A stretch of DNA of 64,000 nt from Escherichia coli (GTDB lineage: Bacteria; Pseudomonadota; Gammaproteobacteria; Enterobacterales; Enterobacteriaceae): NCBI RefSeq assembly GCF_013122565.1, contig NZ_CP053258.1. The stretch is one strand, 5' to 3'. The notes beneath the pieces were generated by a model, which searched no databases, was not told the DNA's origin, and worked only from the letters and a program-made list of their open reading frames with translations. The position numbers and the translations under genes were made by a program. Shown here piece by piece: positions 38,394 to 49,248 of this stretch (the stretch's first letter is position 1; each line of letters starts with the position of its first letter).

Positions 38394-40160
38394 ATGAATA
38401 AATCCCGTCAAAAAGAGTTAACCCGCTGGTTAAAACAGCAAAGCGTCATCTCCCAACGTTGGCTGAATATTTCTCGTCTGCTGGGCTTTGTGAGCGGCAT
38501 ATTGATCATTGCCCAGGCCTGGTTCATGGCGCGAATTCTGCAACATATGATTATGGAGAATATTCCCCGTGAAGCCCTGCTGCTTCCCTTTACGTTACTG
38601 GTTCTGACCTTTGTACTGCGCGCATGGGTGGTCTGGTTACGCGAACGGGTGGGTTATCACGCCGGGCAGCATATCCGCTTTGCCATCCGCCGTCAGGTTC
38701 TCGACCGTCTGCAACAAGCAGGGCCAGCGTGGATTCAGGGTAAACCTGCGGGGAGCTGGGCGACGCTGGTACTCGAGCAAATTGACGATATGCATGATTA
38801 CTATGCACGCTACCTGCCGCAAATGGCGCTGGCAGTGTCGGTGCCGTTGCTGATTGTGGTGGCGATCTTCCCCTCTAACTGGGCTGCGGCGCTCATTCTG
38901 CTGGGCACTGCTCCGTTAATTCCGTTGTTTATGGCGCTGGTTGGAATGGGGGCTGCCGATGCTAACCGACGTAACTTTCTCGCTCTTGCTCGCTTAAGTG
39001 GGCATTTCCTCGATCGCCTGCGCGGCATGGAAACATTGCGTATTTTTGGTCGTGGTGAAGCTGAAATTGAAAGTATTCGTTCTGCTTCGGAAGATTTCCG
39101 CCAACGGACAATGGAAGTGCTACGGCTGGCGTTTTTATCCTCCGGCATTCTCGAATTTTTTACCTCGCTATCAATTGCTCTGGTGGCGGTCTACTTTGGT
39201 TTTTCCTATCTCGGCGAGCTGGATTTTGGTCATTACGATACTGGCGTGACGCTGGCTGCGGGTTTTCTGGCCCTGATCCTTGCGCCAGAGTTTTTCCAGC
39301 CATTACGCGATCTCGGTACGTTTTATCATGCTAAAGCCCAGGCTGTTGGTGCAGCTGACAGTCTGAAAACGTTTATGGAAACCCCGCTCGCCCATCCGCA
39401 ACGTGGTGAGGCGGAATTAGCATCGACCGATCCGCTGACCATTGAGGCCGAGGATCTGTTTATCACGTCGCCGGAAGGTAAAACGCTGGCCGGACCGCTG
39501 AACTTTACTTTGCCAGCAGGCCAACGTGCAGTGTTGGTTGGTCGTAGCGGTTCAGGTAAAAGCTCACTGCTGAACGCGCTTTCTGGTTTTCTCTCATATC
39601 AGGGATCATTACGAATCAACGGGATAGAATTACGCGATTTATCACCAGAATCATGGCGTAAACATCTCTCCTGGGTTGGGCAAAACCCACAATTACCGGC
39701 AGCAACATTGCGGGATAACGTACTACTGGCGCGACCTGATGCCAGCGAACAAGAACTACAAGCAGCGCTGGATAACGCCTGGGTCAGCGAGTTTCTACCG
39801 CTCCTGCCACAAGGCGTTGATACGCCTGTTGGCGACCAGGCTGCCCGCCTTTCCGTGGGGCAGGCGCAGCGCGTGGCGGTGGCCCGTGCGTTACTAAATC
39901 CCTGTTCGCTATTACTGTTGGATGAACCCGCTGCCAGCCTTGATGCTCACAGTGAACAGCGCGTAATGGAGGCGCTGAATGCCGCCTCTCTGCGCCAGAC
40001 AACGTTAATGGTCACCCACCAGTTAGAAGATCTTGCTGACTGGGATGTCATTTGGGTTATGCAGGATGGCCGGATTATTGAGCAAGGACGTTACGCGGAA
40101 TTAAGTGTGGCTGGTGGTCCATTCGCCACATTACTGGCCCATCGTCAGGAGGAGATTTAA
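38394..40160 (+). CDS. cydD: Cysteine/glutathione ABC exporter subunit needed for cytochrome bd assembly
   Basis: 588 aa; six TM segments plus NBD with Walker [10 protein letters not shown]. Confidence 0.93.
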   Translation: MNKSRQKELTRWLKQQSVISQRWLNISRLLGFVSGILIIAQAWFMARILQHMIMENIPREALLLPFTLLVLTFVLRAWVVWLRERVGYHAGQHIRFAIRRQVLDRLQQAGPAWIQGKPAGSWATLVLEQIDDMHDYYARYLPQMALAVSVPLLIVVAIFPSNWAAALILLGTAPLIPLFMALVGMGAADANRRNFLALARLSGHFLDRLRGMETLRIFGRGEAEIESIRSASEDFRQRTMEVLRLAFLSSGILEFFTSLSIALVAVYFGFSYLGELDFGHYDTGVTLAAGFLALILAPEFFQPLRDLGTFYHAKAQAVGAADSLKTFMETPLAHPQRGEAELASTDPLTIEAEDLFITSPEGKTLAGPLNFTLPAGQRAVLVGRSGSGKSSLLNALSGFLSYQGSLRINGIELRDLSPESWRKHLSWVGQNPQLPAATLRDNVLLARPDASEQELQAALDNAWVSEFLPLLPQGVDTPVGDQAARLSVGQAQRVAVARALLNPCSLLLLDEPAASLDAHSEQRVMEALNAASLRQTTLMVTHQLEDLADWDVIWVMQDGRIIEQGRYAELSVAGGPFATLLAHRQEEI

Positions 40161-41882
40161 ATGCGCGCTTTGCTACCCTATCTGGCACTGTATAAACGTC
40201 ATAAATGGATGTTAAGTCTTGGTATTGTGCTGGCAATTGTGACGCTGCTCGCCAGTATCGGTCTGTTGACACTTTCCGGCTGGTTCCTCTCGGCCTCAGC
40301 GGTTGCGGGGGTTGCCGGACTGTACAGCTTCAACTATATGCTACCCGCTGCGGGCGTGCGTGGTGCAGCAATCACCCGTACTGCCGGGCGTTATTTTGAA
40401 CGTCTGGTAAGTCACGACGCGACTTTCCGCGTGTTGCAGCATCTGCGCATTTACACCTTCAGCAAATTGTTGCCCCTCTCCCCTGCCGGACTGGCGCGCT
40501 ATCGTCAGGGCGAATTGCTCAACCGCGTGGTGGCGGATGTTGATACGCTCGATCATCTTTACCTGCGCGTTATCTCGCCGCTGGTGGGCGCTTTTGTGGT
40601 GATTATGGTGGTGACAATCGGGTTAAGTTTCCTTGATTTCACCCTCGCCTTTACGCTGGGCGGCATTATGTTACTGACGCTTTTCCTGATGCCACCGCTG
40701 TTTTATCGTGCGGGAAAAAGCACCGGGCAAAATCTGACTCATCTTCGCGGACAGTATCGCCAACAACTGACGGCCTGGCTGCAAGGGCAAGCTGAGCTGA
40801 CCATTTTTGGTGCCAGCGATCGTTATCGCACGCAACTAGAGAATACAGAAATTCAATGGCTGGAAGCGCAACGCCGTCAATCTGAACTGACCGCATTGTC
40901 GCAAGCGATAATGCTGCTCATTGGCGCGTTAGCGGTGATCCTGATGCTGTGGATGGCGTCTGGCGGCGTTGGCGGCAATGCTCAACCCGGCGCGTTAATT
41001 GCCCTGTTTGTCTTTTGCGCGTTAGCCGCGTTTGAAGCACTGGCACCAGTAACGGGTGCATTTCAGCATCTGGGGCAAGTCATTGCCTCTGCCGTTCGGA
41101 TCACTGATTTAACGGATCAAAAACCGGAGGTCACCTTCCCTGATACCCAAACTCGTGTTGCCGATCGCGTTTCGCTGACGTTACGGGATGTTCAGTTCAC
41201 TTATCCGGAGCAATCTCAACAGGCACTTAAAGGGATTTCTCTTCAGGTAAACGCCGGGGAACATATAGCGATTCTCGGGCGAACCGGATGCGGCAAATCA
41301 ACACTGTTACAACTGCTGACCCGCGCATGGAACCCGCAACAGGGCGAGATTTTGCTTAACGATAGCCCCATAGCCAGCCTGAATGAAGCGGCTCTACGAC
41401 AGACCATCAGCGTTGTTCCCCAGCGAGTGCATCTGTTTAGCGCCACGCTGCGTGATAATCTGTTACTCGCCTCACCTGGCAGTAGTGATGAGGCTCTGGC
41501 GGAGATCTTGCGTCGAGTTGGTCTGGAGAAGCTGCTCGAGGATGCAGGTCTCAACAGTTGGTTAGGTGAAGGCGGACGCCAGCTCTCCGGTGGAGAACTG
41601 CGCCGTCTGGCTATCGCCCGTGCGCTGTTACATGATGCGCCGCTGGTATTGTTGGATGAACCTACAGAAGGCTTAGATGCCACAACCGAAAGTCAGATCC
41701 TTGAATTGCTTACAGAAATGATGCGTGAGAAAACGGTGTTAATGGTCACCCATCGACTTCGGGGACTCTCTCGTTTCCAACAAATAATAGTTATGGACAA
41801 CGGGCAAATTATTGAGCAAGGTACTCACGCAGAACTGCTTGCCAGACAGGGGCGTTATTACCAGTTCAAGCAGGGTTTGTAA
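40161..41882 (+). CDS. cydC: Cysteine/glutathione ABC exporter subunit
   Basis: 573 aa; starts immediately after the cydD stop; Walker A GRTGCGKST, signature LSGGELRR. Confidence 0.93.
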   Translation: MRALLPYLALYKRHKWMLSLGIVLAIVTLLASIGLLTLSGWFLSASAVAGVAGLYSFNYMLPAAGVRGAAITRTAGRYFERLVSHDATFRVLQHLRIYTFSKLLPLSPAGLARYRQGELLNRVVADVDTLDHLYLRVISPLVGAFVVIMVVTIGLSFLDFTLAFTLGGIMLLTLFLMPPLFYRAGKSTGQNLTHLRGQYRQQLTAWLQGQAELTIFGASDRYRTQLENTEIQWLEAQRRQSELTALSQAIMLLIGALAVILMLWMASGGVGGNAQPGALIALFVFCALAAFEALAPVTGAFQHLGQVIASAVRITDLTDQKPEVTFPDTQTRVADRVSLTLRDVQFTYPEQSQQALKGISLQVNAGEHIAILGRTGCGKSTLLQLLTRAWNPQQGEILLNDSPIASLNEAALRQTISVVPQRVHLFSATLRDNLLLASPGSSDEALAEILRRVGLEKLLEDAGLNSWLGEGGRQLSGGELRRLAIARALLHDAPLVLLDEPTEGLDATTESQILELLTEMMREKTVLMVTHRLRGLSRFQQIIVMDNGQIIEQGTHAELLARQGRYYQFKQGL

Positions 41883-41923
41883 GCTATTATTGAACGATCC
41901 GACTTGCGTGGAGTTTTGCGGTC

Positions 41924-42628
41924 ATGCGCCTGGTTCAGCTTTCTCGCCATTCAATAGCCTTCCCTTCCCCGGAAGGCGCATTACGTGAGCCTAACGGCCT
42001 GCTGGCACTGGGGGGCGATCTTAGCCCTGCGCGCCTGTTAATGGCTTACCAGCGTGGTATTTTTCCGTGGTTTTCTCCAGGCGACCCCATCCTCTGGTGG
42101 TCGCCCGATCCTCGCGCGGTGCTTTGGCCTGAATCACTGCATATCAGCCGTAGTATGAAGCGATTTCATAAACGCTCGCCCTATCGTGTCACGATGAATT
42201 ACGCTTTTGGTCAGGTCATTGAAGGCTGTGCCAGCGATCGCGAAGAAGGAACCTGGATCACGCGTGGCGTGGTCGAAGCCTACCATCGCCTTCACGAACT
42301 CGGTCATGCCCACTCCATTGAAGTCTGGCGTGAAGATGAGCTTGTCGGCGGTATGTACGGCGTGGCCCAGGGAACGCTATTTTGTGGCGAGTCCATGTTC
42401 AGCCGGATGGAAAATGCGTCTAAAACGGCGCTTCTGGTATTCTGTGAGGAATTTATCGGTCATGGCGGTAAGCTTATCGACTGCCAGGTCCTTAACGATC
42501 ACACAGCATCGCTTGGTGCCTGCGAAATTCCCCGCCGGGATTATCTGAATTATCTCAACCAAATGCGCCTCGGACGCTTGCCGAATAATTTCTGGGTACC
42601 ACGATGCTTGTTTTCACCACAAGAATGA
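41924..42628 (+). CDS. aat: Leucyl/phenylalanyl-tRNA--protein transferase
   Basis: 234 aa [53 protein letters not shown]... Confidence 0.93.
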
Positions 42629-42909
42629 ATGTTTTCGGCACATTTCTCCCCAGAGTGTTATAATTGCGGTCGCAGAGTTGGTTACGCTCATTACCCCGCT
42701 GCCGATAAGGAATTTTTCGCGTCAGGTAACGCCCATCGTTTATCTCACCGCTCCCTTATACGTTGCGCTTTTGGTGCGGCTTAGCCGTGTGTTTTCGGAG
42801 TAATGTGCCGAACCTGTTTGTTGCGATTTAGCGCGCAAATCTTTACTTATTTACAGAACTTCGGCATTATCTTGCCGGTTCAAATTACGGTAGTGATACC
42901 CCAGAGGAT

Positions 42910-43131
<222 letters not shown>

Positions 43132-43162
43132 TTGTTTTACCGCCTGATGGGCGAAGAGAAAG

Positions 43163-43190
43163 AACGAGTAAAAGGTCGGTTTAACCGGCC
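43163..43190 (+). terminator. Rho-independent terminator of infA
   Basis: aaaaggtcggttTAaaccggcc followed by TTTTTATTTT, about 30 nt after the infA stop. Confidence 0.7.
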
Positions 43191-43312
43191 TTTTTATTTT
43201 GTGATATGTATGAAGTACTTTGGAAGTATAAGTCCATATCTTGTCTCGATGTAGATATACTGCACAAGTTGTTTACAGTATGAGCAAACAATAATTATCA
43301 TTAAAATTCTTC

Positions 43313-43341
43313 TTGACCGTTTTACTCCAACTCCCTATAGT
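43313..43341 (+). promoter_or_regulatory. Sigma-70 promoter of tRNA-Ser (serW)
   Basis: -35 TTGACC, 17-bp spacer, -10 TATAGT, then a GC-rich discriminator (agcgcccc) typical of stable-RNA promoters; about 40 nt upstream of the mature tRNA 5' end. Confidence 0.6.
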
Positions 43342-43384
43342 AGCGCCCCGTTGCCACCCATGAGGTTTGGCAGCAAAACAATTT

Positions 43385-43472
43385 GGTGAGGTGTCCGAGT
43401 GGCTGAAGGAGCACGCCTGGAAAGTGTGTATACGGCAACGTATCGGGGGTTCGAATCCCCCCCTCACCGCCA
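43385..43472 (+). tRNA. serW: tRNA-Ser (anticodon GGA)
   Basis: 88-nt sequence GGTGAGGTGTCCGAGTGGCTGAAGGAGCACGCCTGGAAAGTGTGTATACGGCAACGTATCGGGGGTTCGAATCCCCCCCTCACCGCCA: long variable arm, GGA anticodon, encoded CCA end. Confidence 0.95.
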
Positions 43473-43483
43473 TATTTAAAGAA

Positions 43484-43512
43484 GAGCTCGTACGAAAGTA
43501 CGAGCTTTTTTT
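43484..43512 (+). terminator. Rho-independent terminator of serW
   Basis: gagctcgtacGAAAgtacgagc followed by TTTTTTT immediately after the tRNA. Confidence 0.8.
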
Positions 43513-43630
43513 CGCATAATGCACTCCAGGGGGGTGAGAAGCCCCGACCGGGGTTCGACAACTGGCGCAGCCAGTTGGACAGACCACGAACGCAGTGAGT
43601 GGGCTGCCCGCAGGGCGAGCGAAGCGAGTC

Positions 43631-43695
43631 AATCCCCCCCTCACCGCCATATTTAAAGAAGAACTCGTACGAAAGTACGGGCTTTTTTTTCGCAT
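43631..43695 (+). repeat. Direct duplicate of the tRNA-Ser 3' end plus terminator (copy 2)
   Basis: aatcccccctcaccgccatatttaaagaagaActcgtacgaaagtacgGgcttttttttcgcat repeats positions about 43455-43518 with 2-3 substitutions. Confidence 0.8.
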
Positions 43696-43841
43696 TTTAT
43701 CTGCCTGTACGGCAGTGAATATGGTGGGCGGGTGGAGTATGTTACCAGTGAATTTCTAAGCTGCCAGTACGGCAGTGAACGTTCGCTGCAACCGCTAGCC
43801 AAGACGGTAGGTTTTTCTAAGCTGCCTGTACGGCAGTGAAC
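43693..43841 (-). CRISPR. Orphan type I-F CRISPR mini-array (3 repeats, 2 spacers), no adjacent cas genes
   Basis: 28-bp repeats at 43693-43720 (degenerate), 43753-43780 and 43814-43841; plus strand reads TTTCTAAGCTGCC(T/A)GTACGGCAGTGAAC, the reverse complement of the E. coli I-F repeat GTTCACTGCCGTACAGGCAGCTTAGAAA. Spacers are 32 and 33 bp. AT-rich putative leader at 43842-44054. Confidence 0.8.
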
Positions 43842-44054
43842 TCAAATACTACACGTTTAGCCCGTTGTTAATAAAGCAAAACCATCTCATTCTCATGCTA
43901 CCACCCTTTTTTATCCTTACCTTCCCGCAGCACTAATTATCAACAACTTACCATCATTATTAAAAAAAGGGTCTGAACCTCCTCCACCCCATAAACAAAA
44001 AGTCCGTAACCTCTTTCGAGATTACGGACTTCATCAACCTACCTGACAATCAGA

Positions 44055-46331
44055 TTAATGCGCTGCTTCCGCCTTGTGCTTTTGTGCACTCTGGAATCCG
44101 TAAGTCAGCTCATTTTTCTCTTTATCCAGCGCGACGGTGACCTGACCGCCGTCCACCAGCGAACCAAACAACAGTTCGTTGGCGAGCGGTTTTTTCAGGT
44201 TGTCCTGGATGACACGCGCCATCGGACGTGCGCCCATTGCCCGGTCGTAACCTTTCTCGGCCAGCCAGTTACGCGCTTCCTGGCTCACTTCCAGAGAAAC
44301 ACCTTTCTGATCCAGCTGAACCTGCAACTCGACGATGAATTTATCCACCACCTGATGGATCACGTCAGTTGACAGATGATCGAACCAGATAATGTTGTCG
44401 AGACGGTTACGAAATTCCGGTGTAAAGATCTTCTTGATCTCTTCCATCGCATCGGTGCTGTTATCCTGGTGGATAAGACCAATGGATTTGCGCTCAGTTT
44501 CCCGTACCCCGGCGTTAGTGGTCATCACCAGCACCACGTTACGGAAGTCCGCTTTGCGTCCGTTGTTATCGGTCAGCGTACCGTTGTCCATCACCTGCAA
44601 CAGAATATTGAACACGTCCGGATGCGCTTTCTCGATTTCGTCCAGCAGCAGCACCGCATGTGGATGCTTGATTACCGCATCGGTCAGCAAACCGCCCTGA
44701 TCAAAACCAACGTATCCCGGAGGCGCACCAATCAGACGGCTGACGGTATGGCGTTCCATATACTCGGACATATCAAAGCGCAGCAGCTCAATGCCCAACG
44801 CTTTCGAAAGCTGTACCGTCACCTCTGTTTTCCCGACCCCGGTAGGGCCGGCAAACAGGAACGAACCGACCGGTTTATGTTCGTGACCTAAACCTGCACG
44901 AGCCATCTTAATGGCTTCAGTCAGCGCCTCAATGGCATTATCCTGACCGAAGACCAGCATTTTCAGGCGATCGCCGAGGTTTTTCAGGGTATCACGATCA
45001 CTCTGAGAAACACTCTTCTCTGGAATGCGTGCAATACGGGCCACCACGGACTCAATATCCGCCACATTTACGGTTTTCTTGCGTTTGCTTACCGGCATCA
45101 GGCGTGCGCGAGCGCCCGCTTCGTCGATAACATCAATCGCTTTATCCGGCAGATGACGATCGTTAATGTATTTCACCGCCAGCTCTACCGCCGCACGCAC
45201 CGCTTTTGCGGTATAACGCACGTCGTGGTGCGCTTCATACTTCGGTTTCAGGCCATTGATGATTTGAACAGTTTCTTCGATCGACGGTTCAGTAATATCA
45301 ATTTTCTGGAAGCGACGCGCCAGAGCACGGTCTTTCTCGAAAATGTTGCTGAACTCCTGATAGGTTGTCGAACCAATTACGCGAATTTTACCGCTGGAGA
45401 GCAACGGTTTGATCAGGTTAGCCGCATCGACCTGACCACCAGACGCTGCACCCGCACCGATAATGGTGTGGATCTCATCAATAAACAGGATGCTGTTAGT
45501 GTCCTGCTCCAGCTGCTTGAGCAACGCTTTAAAACGTTTTTCAAAGTCGCCGCGATATTTTGTGCCCGCTAACAGAGAACCGATATCGAGAGAATAAATC
45601 GTACAGTCAGCCATCACTTCCGGCACATCACCCTGAACAATTCGCCAGGCAAGACCTTCTGCAATCGCGGTTTTACCGACACCAGACTCCCCCACCAGCA
45701 GCGGGTTGTTTTTACGGCGACGGCAGAGAACCTGAATAGCACGCTCCAGCTCTTTCTCACGACCAATCAGTGGGTCGATTCCGCCCACACGCGCAAGCTG
45801 GTTCAGGTTCGTCGTGAAATTCTCCATACGTTCCTCCCCACCAGCTTGTTCTTCGCTGTTTGGCTGGCTGCCAGGATCAGAAGACTGTGTCGGCTCGTCT
45901 TTACGCGTGCCATGAGAGATAAAGTTCACCACATCGAGACGGCTGACTTCATGTTTACGCAACAGATATGCCGCCTGCGACTCCTGTTCGCTAAAGATAG
46001 CGACCAGAACGTTTGCACCGGTAACCTCATTGCGACCGGAGGACTGGACATGGAAGACCGCACGTTGCAGTACACGCTGAAAACTCAGCGTCGGCTGTGT
46101 GTCGCGCTCCTCTTCACTGGCAGGCAGAACGGGTGTGGTTTGTTCAATAAAGGCTTCCAGTTCCTGACGGAGCGCAACCAAATCCACAGAACACGCTTCC
46201 AGCGCCTCCCGGGCAGATGGGTTACTGAGCAGCGCCAGTAACAAGTGCTCGACGGTCATAAACTCATGACGGTGCTCGCGCGCTCTGGCGAAAGCCATAT
46301 TTAAACTGAGTTCCAGTTCTTGATTGAGCAT
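44055..46331 (-). CDS. clpA: ATP-dependent Clp protease ATP-binding subunit ClpA
   Basis: ORF track 44055..46346; ATG at 46329-46331 ([19 protein letters not shown]...) gives 758 aa; two AAA+ modules ([16 protein letters not shown]). Confidence 0.97.
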   Translation of the reverse strand: MLNQELELSLNMAFARAREHRHEFMTVEHLLLALLSNPSAREALEACSVDLVALRQELEAFIEQTTPVLPASEEERDTQPTLSFQRVLQRAVFHVQSSGRNEVTGANVLVAIFSEQESQAAYLLRKHEVSRLDVVNFISHGTRKDEPTQSSDPGSQPNSEEQAGGEERMENFTTNLNQLARVGGIDPLIGREKELERAIQVLCRRRKNNPLLVGESGVGKTAIAEGLAWRIVQGDVPEVMADCTIYSLDIGSLLAGTKYRGDFEKRFKALLKQLEQDTNSILFIDEIHTIIGAGAASGGQVDAANLIKPLLSSGKIRVIGSTTYQEFSNIFEKDRALARRFQKIDITEPSIEETVQIINGLKPKYEAHHDVRYTAKAVRAAVELAVKYINDRHLPDKAIDVIDEAGARARLMPVSKRKKTVNVADIESVVARIARIPEKSVSQSDRDTLKNLGDRLKMLVFGQDNAIEALTEAIKMARAGLGHEHKPVGSFLFAGPTGVGKTEVTVQLSKALGIELLRFDMSEYMERHTVSRLIGAPPGYVGFDQGGLLTDAVIKHPHAVLLLDEIEKAHPDVFNILLQVMDNGTLTDNNGRKADFRNVVLVMTTNAGVRETERKSIGLIHQDNSTDAMEEIKKIFTPEFRNRLDNIIWFDHLSTDVIHQVVDKFIVELQVQLDQKGVSLEVSQEARNWLAEKGYDRAMGARPMARVIQDNLKKPLANELLFGSLVDGGQVTVALDKEKNELTYGFQSAQKHKAEAAH

Positions 46332-46361
46332 AGGCACCTCCCCCAATTTTTATGCCTGCAT

Positions 46362-46682
46362 TCAGGCTTTTTCTAGCGTACACAGCAATGGATGCTCATT
46401 CTCCCTCGCGTACTTGTTCACCATCGCCACTTTGGTTTCTGCAACCTCGGCGGTAAAGACTCCGCAAATGGCCTTCCCCTGGTAGTGAACAGCGAGCATC
46501 AATTGCGTTGCACGTTCTACATCATAAGAAAAGAATTTTTGTAACACGTCAATAACAAACTCCATCGGAGTGTAATCATCATTGACTAATATCACTTTAT
46601 ACATAGATGGCGGTTTTAGCGCGTCGCGAACTTTTTCTTCCGCCAGTTGATCAAAGTCCAGCCAGTCGTTCGTTTTACCCAT
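46362..46682 (-). CDS. clpS: ClpA adaptor for N-end rule substrates
   Basis: 106 aa [46 protein letters not shown]...; 30 nt upstream of clpA. Confidence 0.96.
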
Positions 46683-47004
46683 TGTCAGTTATCATCTTCG
46701 GTTACGGTTATCGGCAGAACGCCCTGCCGCTGACAAGAGCTTATTTGCCTGACCAATCTACTCCATATGATAGATAACTATCATCTATCGTTGGCATCAG
46801 CGACATCTGTCACATTCCTGTCAATAGCGTTAACTGCTTCAAATTTTTGATTCATACCTGCCCCCTGGCCCCTGTCAAATGCTTGACGGCTCGCCCTAAT
46901 TCTCTAAATTGTATTTCTAGAGTTGGCGAGGTTTTGAACAGCCCCCTCTCTGACCCCGGTTTATTCCATCTTACTTGTATAAGATTTGCGAAGGATGTCG
47001 AAGC

Positions 47005-47229
47005 ATGGAAAAGGGTACTGTTAAGTGGTTCAACAATGCCAAAGGGTTTGGTTTCATCTGCCCTGAAGGCGGCGGCGAAGATATTTTCGCTCATTATTCC
47101 ACCATTCAGATGGATGGTTACAGAACGCTAAAAGCTGGACAATCGGTTCAGTTTGATGTCCACCAGGGGCCAAAAGGCAATCACGCCAGTGTTATTGTGC
47201 CCGTCGAAGTAGAAGCGGCAGTCGCATAG
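47005..47229 (+). CDS. cspD: Cold-shock-domain protein CspD
   Basis: ORF track 46975..47229; ATG at 47005 (MEKGTVKWFNNAKGFGFICPEGGGEDIFAHYS...) gives 74 aa. Confidence 0.95.
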   Translation: MEKGTVKWFNNAKGFGFICPEGGGEDIFAHYSTIQMDGYRTLKAGQSVQFDVHQGPKGNHASVIVPVEVEAAVA

Positions 47230-47266
47230 CTCTTCTGTCTCATTGTGTACATCCTAAAGGCAAAAT

Positions 47267-47294
47267 GCCAGCCCGATCGGCTGGCATTTTTATC
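47267..47294. terminator. Bidirectional terminator between convergent cspD and macB
   Basis: aaaatGCCAGCCCGATCGGGCTGGCattttt: perfect 9-bp stem flanked by an A-tract and a T-tract. Confidence 0.75.
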
Positions 47295-47301
47295 TCAAAA
47301 A

Positions 47302-49248
47302 TTACTCTCGTGCCAGAGCATCTACTGGATCCAGTCGTGCCGCATTTCGTGCGGGTAACCAGCCAAATAAAATCCCGGTGACCGTCGAGCAGAGAAACGC
47401 CAGCAGCAGCGCCAACGGTGAAAAACCAATCTCCCAGCCGGGTAAGAAAAGCTGTAAGGTGAAAGCAATTAACAGTGACAGTGTTATTCCCAACGCGCCA
47501 CCGACCAGGCAAACCAGTACGGCTTCGATCAGGAACTGTTGCAAAACATCGCTTGCTCGCGCACCTACAGCCATGCGAATGCCAATTTCCCGCGTCCGCT
47601 CGGTCACTGACACCAGCATAATATTCATTACACCAATACCGCCCACCACCAGCGAAATCACCGCCACCAGCGTCAGAAACAGTTGTAAAGTACGTGTGGT
47701 CTTTTCAACAGTTTTCAAGACGCCGTCCATGTTCCAGGTAAAGAAATCCTTCTTACCGTGGCGCAGTGAAAGTAAACGCGTGAGTTGCTGTTCCGCCTCG
47801 GCGCTGTCAAATCCTTCTTTTACCCTGACAGTAATGGAGTTAAGCCACGACTGGCCCATAACTCGCCCGGACATCGTGCTGTAAGGTAGCCAGACACGCA
47901 GCACTTTACTGCTACCAAACATCGACTGTTTTTCTTCCGCCACACCAATGACTCTGGCGGGCATGTTTCCGACCAGAATCACCTCGCCAACCACATCGGC
48001 TTTATGGGGGAAAAGCTGGCGGCGAGTATTACTGTCGAGAACCACGACCTGCGCACGACCGTTCAGCTGCTCCTGATTAAAGGTGTTCCCTTCACTGAAG
48101 GTCATGCCATAGACATTAAAATAATCGCCGCTCACGCCATTGGCACTGGCAGCAACATCAACATTGTTATAACGCAGGCGCAGGTTTTGCGAGACGGCAG
48201 GTGTGGCTGAAGCGACCCACGGTTGTTTTTGGATGGCGATTAAGTCATCGTACTTCAGCGCCTGCTGATATTGCGGATCGTCATCGCCAAAATCTTTCCC
48301 GGGATAGACATCAATAGTATTCGTACCAATAGAACGAATATCCGCCAGCACCATTTGTTTGGCGGCGTCGCCCACCACGACAATGGAAACCACCGACGCA
48401 ATACCGATTATAATCCCCAGCATGGTCAGTAAAGTACGCATTTTATTCGCTGCCAGCGCCCGCCATGCCATCGTCAGCGCCTCATTAAAACCGCTGACAA
48501 ACTGCCGCCAGCCAGACGCCGTGTTGACAACAGGTTCCGTCCCGCCAGCAACATTCACTTGTTCAATGGCGGGAGGATTGCGCACAATTTCTCCGTCGCG
48601 AATTTCGATCACCCGCTCGGCCTGAGCAGCGACCTGCGGATCGTGGGTGACGATAATCACCGTATGCCCGCGATCACGCAGCTGATGCAGGATCGCCATC
48701 ACCTCTTCGCCAGAATGGCTGTCCAGTGCGCCGGTCGGTTCATCGGCAAGAATTACCTGACCGCCGTTCATCAATGCCCGCGCGATGCTGACGCGCTGTT
48801 GCTGACCACCCGAAAGCTGTGCCGGATAATACTCTGTACGGTCTTCCAGCCCCAGTCGTTGCAGCAACTCCTGGGCGCGAAGCAGCCGCTGTTTCCGCTC
48901 AAGACCAGCATAGACGGCAGGTACTTCAACGTTCTGCTCGGCGGTTAAATGTGAAAGCAAATGGTAACGCTGGAAAATAAAGCCGAAATGCTCGCGGCGC
49001 AGTTGTGCCAGCTCATCGGCGTCCAGCGTGGCAACATCCTGACCGGCTACGCGATAGGTGCCGCTGGTGGCCTTATCCAGGCAGCCGAGAATATTCATCA
49101 GGGTCGATTTACCGGAACCCGAAGCGCCGACAATCGCTACCATCTCACCGGCATAAATATCGAGGGTGATGCCCTTCAGCACCTCAACCTGCTCATCACC
49201 GGCAGGATAGCTGCGACGAATATCCTTTAATTCGAGCAAGGGTGTCAT
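47302..49248 (-). CDS. macB: Macrolide ABC exporter, fused ATPase/permease
   Basis: 648 aa; N-terminal NBD ([18 protein letters not shown]), C-terminal FtsX-like permease; start overlaps macA stop. Confidence 0.95.
   Translation of the reverse strand: MTPLLELKDIRRSYPAGDEQVEVLKGITLDIYAGEMVAIVGASGSGKSTLMNILGCLDKATSGTYRVAGQDVATLDADELAQLRREHFGFIFQRYHLLSHLTAEQNVEVPAVYAGLERKQRLLRAQELLQRLGLEDRTEYYPAQLSGGQQQRVSIARALMNGGQVILADEPTGALDSHSGEEVMAILHQLRDRGHTVIIVTHDPQVAAQAERVIEIRDGEIVRNPPAIEQVNVAGGTEPVVNTASGWRQFVSGFNEALTMAWRALAANKMRTLLTMLGIIIGIASVVSIVVVGDAAKQMVLADIRSIGTNTIDVYPGKDFGDDDPQYQQALKYDDLIAIQKQPWVASATPAVSQNLRLRYNNVDVAASANGVSGDYFNVYGMTFSEGNTFNQEQLNGRAQVVVLDSNTRRQLFPHKADVVGEVILVGNMPARVIGVAEEKQSMFGSSKVLRVWLPYSTMSGRVMGQSWLNSITVRVKEGFDSAEAEQQLTRLLSLRHGKKDFFTWNMDGVLKTVEKTTRTLQLFLTLVAVISLVVGGIGVMNIMLVSVTERTREIGIRMAVGARASDVLQQFLIEAVLVCLVGGALGITLSLLIAFTLQLFLPGWEIGFSPLALLLAFLCSTVTGILFGWLPARNAARLDPVDALARE

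Noticed and set aside
43473-44054. Possible prophage or genomic island integrated at tRNA-Ser
   Set aside because: A tRNA 3'-end duplication is present, but only about 580 bp separate serW from clpA, and there is no integrase, phage gene or cas operon. It is a scar plus an orphan CRISPR array, not an intact element.
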